Source: a virus
Taxonomy: Duplodnaviria > Heunggongvirae > Uroviricota > Caudoviricetes
Strand: one strand, 5' to 3'
DNA: 64,000 bases
IMG/VR virus record: IMGVR_UViG_2541047680_000004
The notes beneath the pieces are model-generated. The model saw only the letters and a list, made by a program, of their open reading frames with translations, made no database searches and was not told the DNA's origin. A program made the translations under genes and the position numbers. Of this stretch, positions 28,108-36,591 are shown piece after piece (position 1 is the stretch's first letter; each line of letters starts with the position of its first letter).

Positions 28108-30216
28108 TCACTTTAAAATGATACGAGATAGTTCAGTAACTACAGATGAACCAAGACTATCAACGCTCGTTACCAGGGCATGATTTGAGTAAAATCTTTC
28201 CGGTGCGTCAGTCATGATGCCAATTGCCATCAAATCAATATCAGTCTGCGTTTCAATTTGCTTCGCAACTGAACGCAAATGAGCGTCAAAACCTCTCCCA
28301 ACAGCCCACGGCGCGCCATCACTCAGAACAAGCATGATCTTCCTGTCCTCCAAGCGACCGGAAAATAACGATGCAAGGCTGGCTATGCTTTCACCATCCA
28401 CGTTATTAAGAAGTGGGAATGTGTAGCCTACGCACCCCATACGTGAGCGAACTTCGCGAGAATTTACCTTTTCATTCCAATTTTTGATGATAGGTAGCAT
28501 TAAAGATTCAAAGCGAGAGAACTCATACTTGACAGCCTTAAGTTCTCCTGCCGCCATATGACTACCAAATGTAGTGAAGCCGGTGATAATGTTGGGAACA
28601 TTTATTCGATCAAGGGCATCTGCGATGGTATATGCACTTGCAAGAGCCAATTGTATCGTTATACCACTCATTGAACCTGATAAATCAATCACTTGTTGAA
28701 CACAGGCGTTAACGGCTTTAGATTCTTCTTTTTTACGAAACACGCGATCATCATTCATTGCTAATCTGTAGATACTAGAACCATGAATGCGCCCCCGACG
28801 CTGGCCCGGTATAAACTGAACTCTGTTTCTGCTTGCTATTGCTCGCTCCAGGTCTTTTGCCAGCGTCGACGAAACACCTGACGAAAGATGCTTTTCAATA
28901 TATTTGTCGAAGAGCTGGTTGCCTTCAGGAACGATGCGATAGCGGCTGATTGGATATCCTCCTAAATCAATATCGGAGAATGTTTTAATAAGCCGTTTGA
29001 TATGGGCTTCTGCCTGATCAATCGAGCCGATGAAGTCGTATGAGCGATTGTATGGCCTGTATTCGCTTTTCGAGCTTTCTGTTAACTCGCTTTTAATCGT
29101 TTCGGATAGAGCATCTTCTGTCATGCCTCCGACTTCATCTTCTATGCTATCCAGCTCCTCTAAAGCCTCTTCCAGACTCATTTTTGACGGAGTTGGAATA
29201 TCTGAAGAGCCGTCTTCTGTCGTTTTTCTTTTTTCGTGGTCAGCGATAAATGATTCTGACACCGCGTTATCAGAAGCATCAGAATCTGATACCTCTTTAT
29301 CATTTTCTGTATCATCGAATATTGTTTCTGATGATTCAGAATTATCTGAATCATCACTGTCGTTATTATCATGTTTGTGCTTACTGTGTGATTCTGATTT
29401 GATAGATTTGTGATTATCTAACGCTGAGGGTGTCTCATGATCTTCGTTGTCTTCATTGTTTTCTCCAGAGGCATCCGTCTGGTCAGCGTCTGAAGGATCG
29501 GAAGTTTTTCCCGGAGCTGACTCCTTACCTTTGCTTTCACTTTCAGTGTCTTTGAGGATCTTAGCTATGGTCGCAGCCACCTTTACACAATCCTCGGTGC
29601 AAGACATGTTACGCACGGCCACATCGATACCATGTTCTTTTAATAATGAAATTGGTTTCTCAATGACAGGCCAATATTCATCCATGAAATCTACGAACGG
29701 TGCTTGGCCATCCCAGGCTCTTACAACCGGACAGAGAAAGAAGTTTAGAAAAAGCGCGCGCTGATCTTTGCCACAATAAGCAATAGCCTCTGAAGCCTTT
29801 GGTTTAAAGACTTTTTCGATTATAAGGCGCTGAGTTGCCATCAGATTACGTCTTGTTCCGTTAAAGACCTGACCCATTTTTCGCTCGATGAACACGTCTT
29901 CTAAGGCATTCCATAGCGACCAGGAAGGAACGCGTCCTTTTTCTCTCATTTTGTTGGACACACGAATATCGGTAAACAAAATGTGAGCAACCTCATGATC
30001 GAGAAATCCGCGCACAGCATTCATCAATGCCGGTGTTGCGTTATCCGGGATTGATGGGATGTTTACGAGAATTGGCTCTCCATCATCGTTATAGCGTACA
30101 TAAGCGTCGTCCCCTCGTTCTGCAACAGGGATGTTTTTACCTGAAAGGAGAGCGACTACTCGTTTTACACTGTCACGGAAGTCCTGAACCTCTTTGATAG
30201 AACGTTTTTTAGACAT
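28108..30216 (-). CDS. CobT-like von Willebrand factor A domain protein
   Basis: Central highly acidic Ser/Asp/Glu-rich low-complexity region and C-terminal vWA domain with MIDAS motif DLSGSMSG. Confidence 0.65.
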   Translation of the reverse strand: MSKKRSIKEVQDFRDSVKRVVALLSGKNIPVAERGDDAYVRYNDDGEPILVNIPSIPDNATPALMNAVRGFLDHEVAHILFTDIRVSNKMREKGRVPSWSLWNALEDVFIERKMGQVFNGTRRNLMATQRLIIEKVFKPKASEAIAYCGKDQRALFLNFFLCPVVRAWDGQAPFVDFMDEYWPVIEKPISLLKEHGIDVAVRNMSCTEDCVKVAATIAKILKDTESESKGKESAPGKTSDPSDADQTDASGENNEDNEDHETPSALDNHKSIKSESHSKHKHDNNDSDDSDNSESSETIFDDTENDKEVSDSDASDNAVSESFIADHEKRKTTEDGSSDIPTPSKMSLEEALEELDSIEDEVGGMTEDALSETIKSELTESSKSEYRPYNRSYDFIGSIDQAEAHIKRLIKTFSDIDLGGYPISRYRIVPEGNQLFDKYIEKHLSSGVSSTLAKDLERAIASRNRVQFIPGQRRGRIHGSSIYRLAMNDDRVFRKKEESKAVNACVQQVIDLSGSMSGITIQLALASAYTIADALDRINVPNIITGFTTFGSHMAAGELKAVKYEFSRFESLMLPIIKNWNEKVNSREVRSRMGCVGYTFPLLNNVDGESIASLASLFSGRLEDRKIMLVLSDGAPWAVGRGFDAHLRSVAKQIETQTDIDLMAIGIMTDAPERFYSNHALVTSVDSLGSSVVTELSRIILK

Positions 30217-30314
30217 GGCTAATCCTTTGTTATGAAAACAAATTATTTACTAGTGTGTTTAATGTAGCACTGCGCGAACAGGGAACTAAGCCATTCGCGC
30301 AGGGAGAAGAGGGG

Positions 30315-30527
30315 TTAACAGATTCTGACGGCTAAAGACCCGGAGCCGGTATTGAGAAGCGTGAAGCGTTTGTTGTTAAGTTCGAATATAAAGCCAGTTG
30401 TGTCATTCACACCAACCTGAATCTGCTCATTCGGTAGATCGGTGAGGATGTCAGCTACACACTCATCAGCTAATTTCTGTACGTGTCCGATCTCAAGAGC
30501 GATTAGGCTGGAAATAGTGGTGTTCAT
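30315..30527 (-). CDS. hypothetical protein
   Basis: 70-aa ORF upstream of the CobT-like gene. Confidence 0.3.
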   Translation of the reverse strand: MNTTISSLIALEIGHVQKLADECVADILTDLPNEQIQVGVNDTTGFIFELNNKRFTLLNTGSGSLAVRIC

Positions 30528-30778
30528 TCAATCAATCCATTCTAACTTATACTATGGTAAGGAATACTACTAAAATTTGTATCAATACTGAATACATTCA
30601 TATCATATGCAAGTTAATTTTCTTACCTATTTTGGGCTAGTTTTTCTCCGTGCAATGGCCTTTAACCGGTCTTTTAAGTGCCTATCGAAAAAAATGATAA
30701 TAGCTTTACAACCCTAACCTTTGATGTAATATCGGTAAGCACTTACCAGAGAGAATTGAACGCGCAAAGGTTGTAACC

Positions 30779-31165
30779 ATGTCTGATAACAAGATTGAAT
30801 TTATAGAAAGTCGCTACGCTGCTTTTATCGCAGGGTTGATTGAATCCTCACCTATGAGCCAGTCCCAGATAGCCAAAACAATTGGGTATAAAAACGCCAA
30901 CAACCTTTCTTTAATTAAAAGCGGCAAAATTCCTTTGCCTATCGATAAGGTTCGTCCGCTGGCGCTGGCACTGGGTATTGAGCCAAGTCGTCTTATGATG
31001 ATGGTGCTGGAAGAACGCCAACCCGAACTCGCAGCATTTTTATACAAAGAAGGCACTGCTCCTCTTAACGAGGACGAAAAACAGGTTCTTGCTGCATATA
31101 ACGAGCGATTCGGTAAAGAGAAAGGCGCATCACAAAAGGTTGTTGAGGCCATAAAGTCTCTATGA
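30779..31165 (+). CDS. helix-turn-helix transcriptional regulator (XRE/Cro-CI-like)
   Basis: SQSQIAKTIGYKNANNLSLIKSGK HTH motif; plus-strand gene with palindromic motif A (ggtaagcacttacc) about 40 nt upstream. Confidence 0.6.
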   Translation: MSDNKIEFIESRYAAFIAGLIESSPMSQSQIAKTIGYKNANNLSLIKSGKIPLPIDKVRPLALALGIEPSRLMMMVLEERQPELAAFLYKEGTAPLNEDEKQVLAAYNERFGKEKGASQKVVEAIKSL

Positions 31166-32263
31166 AAAATTTACACGAATAAGCTCTGTTGATAGACGAT
31201 CTCCCTTAAATTTGTGGTCAATTTCGTCTAAATCCGGTTGCTCTACGATTGATGCGATGTACGTCGAGAAACTTTCTAAGGCGTCTCGCATCTCGTCCAT
31301 ATAATCGTGCCGGTCGTAGACCCGATCTATCCCCTCAAGACTGTGGTTCATGATTTTACGTGATACCTCCTGGCTTATGCCTAATGCTGGGAAGTAACTA
31401 CGCGCAGTACGGCGCAAATCTCGGGGTGTAAATGGCTCAAGCTCCATCAGTTCTGGTCGTTCCAGAATACGACGTAATGCCTGGGCTATTGCCACTTTAG
31501 ACATAGGAAGGTCTTTCCCGATTTTTTTATTCGAAGGCACGAGCCACTGGCTGTCTTTACCGTATTCGAACAACTCTTCAATGCATGTGCGCATTAATGT
31601 GCTTAAAGGCAGCGAATGCTCACGTGCTGACTTGTTTCTCTTGCCTTGATTCCAAACCCCACGCTTAAGATTGAACTCACTTTTTTTAGCCCGCAGTACT
31701 TCGTCAGGTCGTCTTGCTGATACAAGACACAGTCTGGCCGCCCATTTTGTACCAGCGCACACATTGAAGTAGTCCCATATATTCCAGAACACCCATACCT
31801 CTGCGTCAGTCAGCTTCCGCTCGCGGGGCGTGGGCTTTGCGCCACCGGCAACTTTGTTAAGTGACATATCGTTTAACGGTGACACGTCTATCATCCCCTG
31901 GAAGGCGCACCAGCTAAGGAACTGCTTCATCAGAGAGAAAACGCGGCGGCCCATAACAATTTTGCCATCCAGTATTAGTGGGTTGACCAGTTGGTTCACC
32001 ATGAACCTATTAATGTCACTTACTTTTACATCGGCAATGTGCGGCAAAACATGTATCAAAATACAATGAACAGCGATCTCTGGCCGACGTCTGGTTATCA
32101 GCAGAGATAAGCGAGTGAATAACAGGAATGCGTCCGAGAATCTCATGTCATTGCTGACCTGGGAGATCATAACGGCCTGCATTTGAGATGCTCTTTCGAG
32201 ATACTCTATCGCCTCTTTTGAGGTGTTCTCCGCAGCGCGTGCTCTGTCAAAGCTATTTTTCAT
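31160..32263 (-). CDS. tyrosine site-specific recombinase (integrase/Cre/Xer family)
   Basis: C-terminal catalytic signature: R..PDEVLR, HSLP, PRDLRRTARSY (box II), IMNHS, VYDRHDY (nucleophile Tyr). Confidence 0.75.
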   Translation of the reverse strand: MKNSFDRARAAENTSKEAIEYLERASQMQAVMISQVSNDMRFSDAFLLFTRLSLLITRRRPEIAVHCILIHVLPHIADVKVSDINRFMVNQLVNPLILDGKIVMGRRVFSLMKQFLSWCAFQGMIDVSPLNDMSLNKVAGGAKPTPRERKLTDAEVWVFWNIWDYFNVCAGTKWAARLCLVSARRPDEVLRAKKSEFNLKRGVWNQGKRNKSAREHSLPLSTLMRTCIEELFEYGKDSQWLVPSNKKIGKDLPMSKVAIAQALRRILERPELMELEPFTPRDLRRTARSYFPALGISQEVSRKIMNHSLEGIDRVYDRHDYMDEMRDALESFSTYIASIVEQPDLDEIDHKFKGDRLSTELIRVNFS

Positions 32264-32361
32264 ATGACAATCACCGAGTTACGCCGATGCACTGTATAAG
32301 TAAACAGTATATTAGGCATAGATTCTTATAGGATCAAGAGTAAAAGTAACTCATTTTCAGC

Positions 32362-32396
32362 AATGATTCCATACATAGTAGGTATGGAATCATTTT
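32362..32396. promoter_or_regulatory. lox/dif-like candidate recombination site: 13-bp inverted arms with 7-bp spacer
   Basis: aatgattccatac-atagtag-gtatggaatcatt, perfect inverted repeat about 100 bp upstream of the tyrosine recombinase gene. Confidence 0.5.
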
Positions 32397-32473
32397 GACG
32401 TTGTTTTTTGAATTTTAAGGGAAATGGGAGTGAGTTTGGTGGGAATAAAAACGGCTCCTGTGAGCCGTTAAAA

Positions 32474-32719
32474 TCAGAGGGTGCTGACGTATGCAGCCAG
32501 TTCTGTGTATCCGCCAATCGGCTGGCCTTCGATCAGCACCTGGGGGATAGTCTCTACCGGTTTACCAACAATTTCACTTAGTTTTTCCTTGTCGATACCG
32601 GCAGTGGTGATGTCGATGTACTCATAATCACCGTAGCCATGTCCCTTTAGTTGCTTCGCTAGCTCGACCGCACGTTTGCAGTATGAGCAGTTATCTCGTC
32701 CGTAGATAGTGATCGTCAT
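32474..32719 (-). CDS. glutaredoxin / NrdH-like redoxin
   Basis: MTITIYGRDNCSYCKRA with CxxC active site near the N-terminus and thioredoxin-fold length; start taken at the internal Met with GAGG RBS. Confidence 0.7.
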   Translation of the reverse strand: MTITIYGRDNCSYCKRAVELAKQLKGHGYGDYEYIDITTAGIDKEKLSEIVGKPVETIPQVLIEGQPIGGYTELAAYVSTL

Positions 32720-32893
32720 TGTTACCTCATAGAATTGATATGCAACTTTACTCACAAAGAAGATAGGTATGTGCATACTTATCTTTGCAGTCTGCATTAT
32801 AAAGCTATTAAAGCCTCGATCAATCTATTAATTAAGGCATTGTTTGGTTAACATTACCCTAATATTTTATAGTTAGTAGAGTGAAATACATAC

Positions 32894-34156
32894 ATGCCTT
32901 TTTTAATTTTCATTATTATACTACTGCTCACCGTGATTTTTTGGGATTGGGTTGTTTTAAATGGTCAAATTGTTGGAACATTGGCTACAGCATTTGCTTT
33001 TATAGCAACAGCATGGAATGCCTACGAAGCGAGAAAAAGTGCAAAAGCAGCTTTTTCAGCCCTTCAATTAACAACAGAATCATTGTTCGAAATGCGAAAG
33101 AGTGCATTTAAACAATGGTTTGATTCCTTATTAAATCAACATGATGAGCTATGTCTTCTTGCAAAACAAATTATCGATAAACGCAAAATTAATTTAAACA
33201 GCGATGAGTTACATAGACTATATTACCCATTGGTAAAACAGCATGAGGTAATACAGTATGTGAAGCATATTATTAATATTTTTGAGTATGTGGATAGTTC
33301 ATTTTATATTGATGGGGAATGTCTAAAGGAAAAAAGAGCGTATGTGTCACAATTAATTTTCAAAATCCCACCTCAGATGAAGTTGATCATTGCTATCTTT
33401 GGATTAAAGATCGATTATTGTGAACATATTAATTCGGGAAAACTGTGTTGTTTATTAAATAAATATGATTTTTTCAATGATGAAATATTTTTTGATGATG
33501 CTTATTCAGATATGCCTTATCTGGATGCATTCATAAACCTTAGATTCAACAAAATATTCAAATCTCGAATGATAAATTATTTTGATAATATCATTAAAAG
33601 TTATTATGTTCCATCGGACGTTAAAAGGGACTGGATGTTTCGAGACCCAAAGCTCGTACCGTCGGTTCTTATGAATTATAAAACTCCTTGTTCTCCTATA
33701 ATTAATGATTACTTTGAGAAGTTGCCTTTACATGTAAGAAACTACTTTGAGGAACTACTTAAAACCGCGAATGATAGAGTTACTCATTTTGACGTTTACA
33801 TCCCACGCCTTATTGGTTGTTCAATCGTGCAACATTACGAAGATGTGCCTTCCGAAAAAAACAGGTTAAATGACAGGAATGATGTAATAGCTATGGCTGA
33901 AGATTACATCGAGAAAAGAAAATCTAATCAACTAGATTACATACTTGAAGATATATACTTCAAGAGTGACGAAGATATAATCCCAGGCCACCATTTGATT
34001 GTGGCATTTGATGACTATGAATTTAAATTATCACTCATTAAGATAAATGAGAATAAAGATAGCGATAATCTTTTAAATCGAATTTATACTGAATCCAGTA
34101 GCATGGTTAAAGAATATAAGCGCGAAATATTAAAACTGGGCGACTATGTAAAGTAA
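32894..34156 (+). CDS. AT-rich membrane-anchored hypothetical protein (candidate accessory/defence-type gene)
   Basis: 420-aa ORF on the opposite strand to its neighbours; two N-terminal hydrophobic helices; sequence visibly more AT-rich than flanking genes; own terminator downstream. Confidence 0.5.
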   Translation: MPFLIFIIILLLTVIFWDWVVLNGQIVGTLATAFAFIATAWNAYEARKSAKAAFSALQLTTESLFEMRKSAFKQWFDSLLNQHDELCLLAKQIIDKRKINLNSDELHRLYYPLVKQHEVIQYVKHIINIFEYVDSSFYIDGECLKEKRAYVSQLIFKIPPQMKLIIAIFGLKIDYCEHINSGKLCCLLNKYDFFNDEIFFDDAYSDMPYLDAFINLRFNKIFKSRMINYFDNIIKSYYVPSDVKRDWMFRDPKLVPSVLMNYKTPCSPIINDYFEKLPLHVRNYFEELLKTANDRVTHFDVYIPRLIGCSIVQHYEDVPSEKNRLNDRNDVIAMAEDYIEKRKSNQLDYILEDIYFKSDEDIIPGHHLIVAFDDYEFKLSLIKINENKDSDNLLNRIYTESSSMVKEYKREILKLGDYVK

Positions 34157-34174
34157 ATTGCACTGTTCAACAAA

Positions 34175-34200
34175 AAAGGGGCCGAAGCCCCTTTGAATTT
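34175..34200 (+). terminator. rho-independent terminator
   Basis: aaggggc-cgaa-gcccctt hairpin followed by tgaatttt. Confidence 0.55.
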
Positions 34201-34348
34201 TGCGCTGAAAAAAGTGTTGCTAGGATGTTAGCAAGCTATGGTTAAGAACGTCTGCCGTAATTATCTATCACAGCGTTGAGCGGTCTGGTTTATGTTAGCG
34301 GAGTCTTAATCGAGTTGATTAAAAGGCCAAACCGCTCAACGCTGTGTC

Positions 34349-34435
34349 TGGCGGAGAGTAATGGAATCGAACCATCATCGTTTGCACAATGGGACGGTTT
34401 TCAAGACCGCTTGAGCACCATGCTCCCTACTCTCC
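34349..34435 (-). tRNA. tRNA-Ser (anticodon UGA), long variable arm
   Basis: Manual fold of the reverse complement: acceptor ggagagt/actctcc, anticodon loop cuUGAaa, T-arm ggttcgattcc, encoded CCA; about 87 nt. Confidence 0.6.
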
Positions 34436-34755
34436 AGCTATTGTGATGGTCGGTGCTGAACTCCGACACAGGGTTGTAGCAAGCCCCGCAAAGCGCGCAC
34501 TACTGTAGTTGCGGCACATCAGCCTGTGCATTCATCACAATGGTAAGATCACTACCTTTCGACCAGTCATTGTGCACATGAACGACGATTAACCGTAATG
34601 ATATTATCGTTGTGTTGTGAAGCCAGATGCTTATCTTCTGGTTGCTTCAAAGAGCTGCACTTCCTCACAACGGTAAGAGCACTGGTCTGACTCTATCGAT
34701 TTACGGCCTTGTGGGTCAGTATCGCCGATTCGCCCAATGCTCTTACCTGTTGTGT

Positions 34756-34831
34756 TGGTGCCGGTTAACGGACTTGAACCGCTGGCCATTCGCTTACAAA
34801 ACGACTGCTCTACCAACTGAGCTAAACCGGC
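34756..34831 (-). tRNA. tRNA-Thr (anticodon UGU)
   Basis: Reverse complement gccggtttagctcagttggtagagc ... ttUGUaa ... ggttcaagtcc ... aaccggcacca; one mismatch at the top of the anticodon stem. Confidence 0.55.
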
Positions 34832-34835
34832 AATT

Positions 34836-34922
34836 TGGTGGGGAGTGATGGAGTCGAACCACCCGAGTCGCCATGACAGTAGATTTACAGTCTACACCGC
34901 TACCTCTACGGACTAACTCCCC
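34836..34922 (-). tRNA. tRNA-Tyr (anticodon GUA), long variable arm
   Basis: Reverse complement ggggagt ... actGUAaatc ... ggttcgactcc ... actccccacca. Confidence 0.6.
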
Positions 34923-34927
34923 TAAAT

Positions 34928-35002
34928 TGGCGATGGTGGGTGGATTCGAACCACCGACCAGTTGGTTAACAGCCAACTGCTCTACCGCTGAGCTACACCA
35001 TC
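34928..35002 (-). tRNA. tRNA-Asn (anticodon GUU)
   Basis: Reverse complement gatggtgtagctcagcggtagagc ... ctGUUaa ... ggttcgaatcc ... caccatcgcca. Confidence 0.65.
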
Positions 35003-35780
35003 AATTCAGCACTGCCAGTATTTATTACTCAACAGTGCCAATCGCGACGGTTTAGTTTCTGCCAGGAAACGCACCGCTACTTGCACTTTTCGTTAGTGCC
35101 AGACGCTTTCGACTTCGCTCAATAGTAGAAGGCAAAATCTTTAAGTAGATGATGTTTCTGAGGACAGCACCTACTTTGTAATTTATACAATGTGATGTAT
35201 GGAATCATTTGTTGTGAAAACAGGCACCAATGGCAACAGTGGTTAAACCTACACAACAATCCCGTCTTCACAACGTTGAGGCCACTACTCCGATTGAATG
35301 TTTGCCCAACATGTTACATATCAACGCTCGCCGGTATCTCTGTGAATAGAACCTTAGAATTGATAAAAATGTAATGGCCTCAACGTTGTGTGCTGGCTAA
35401 CCATACCAGCCGGGCTACGTCGCCGCTTTTTAACCCAGTATAAACGACATAATTGAACAAAATGACGTAACAGGATGGGCGGTCAGTGGCTAAGAATCCG
35501 GGAGTCATATGGAGTTGAAAATATACCAACCGCCCATTCTGTTACTTCATCGGAGGGAACATGAATGTTCCCTCCTGCGTTCTGCAATCACACTCGCTCA
35601 GTGTGTCCCATTTCGGTAACGAGGCTGGAAACTGACCTCGCTGGTGTTTGGCTTATTAGGCTACTGCCAGATAGACTTCTTCGTTTGCACTTGTATTTAA
35701 GTTCAAACAGTCGCGTCTCAACGAAAACAAAGTCATCTTATACACAAAAGATAAGTAAGTAAATACTTATCATTGTATTT

Positions 35781-36071
35781 TTATTCGGTTGTGACTTTTT
35801 TGATCAAGGCCACTCTACGACTAGGTGTTCTTGTGATGGTGGCAGTGAATCGTTTCGCCTGGATAGTAATGGTTTCGTTCTCCTTAAGTTGCCCGTAGCG
35901 AGTTTCCACCAGGGTGCCAAGACGCCACAGACCATCATCGATACGTTTATGACTAGCAAATTTAATCAGCAACAGTTTTACGACTAACTGACCTACGTAA
36001 AAGGCGAATGCGACTCCGGCCGCTAAGAAATAGGTGGCCAACCACCAGTCCCAAGAAGTTAAATTGCTCAT
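35781..36071 (-). CDS. small membrane-anchored hypothetical protein
   Basis: 96-aa ORF with N-terminal hydrophobic helix. Confidence 0.35.
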   Translation of the reverse strand: MSNLTSWDWWLATYFLAAGVAFAFYVGQLVVKLLLIKFASHKRIDDGLWRLGTLVETRYGQLKENETITIQAKRFTATITRTPSRRVALIKKVTTE

Positions 36072-36591
36072 TTTCTAACCTTTGTTTCATGAACTACCCG
36101 ATACACACGCTTTCCGATACACAGTGTTTTGGTTTTAAGTTCCTGCTTAATTAAATCACGACAGATGCCGAAGCCGATAAGGAAGCCACCCATAAAAGCT
36201 AATGAGATGTATGGAATCATTTTAACACTCCTGATTCTACTAATTGCTGTAGCAATACTTTCCCTTTATCAGTTAACTGGTAGTTGGCCGAACACTTCGT
36301 TTCAGAAACGTTTGCAACCAACCCTAACCGCTCTAACTTAGCTCGCGTTTTAGGCTTCCAGTACTCAGGGAACTCCGGCCACTTACTGATTTCATGAAGC
36401 GTTTCCTTCTCCCGTTTACTTAATACGATCATCCTTAATCTCCTTCACGGTGTTGGTTATTTCTACAATGCGATAAATGCGACCTCGTCTTTCTATAACA
36501 CCGTTTTTAATGTAGTCATTAATGCAACTGGACATCACCACAATACCGATGAAAAAACCAACTGCTAAAAATGCAATCATCCAGCCGAGCA

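Noticed and set aside
34671-34747. 77-nt element bounded by 9-bp inverted repeat ggtaagagc ... gctcttacc, tested as an additional tRNA
   Set aside because: I could not fold it into a cloverleaf on either strand (no D-stem pairing, no GTTCRA T-loop); kept only as a note under the tRNA-region finding pending a proper tRNA scan.
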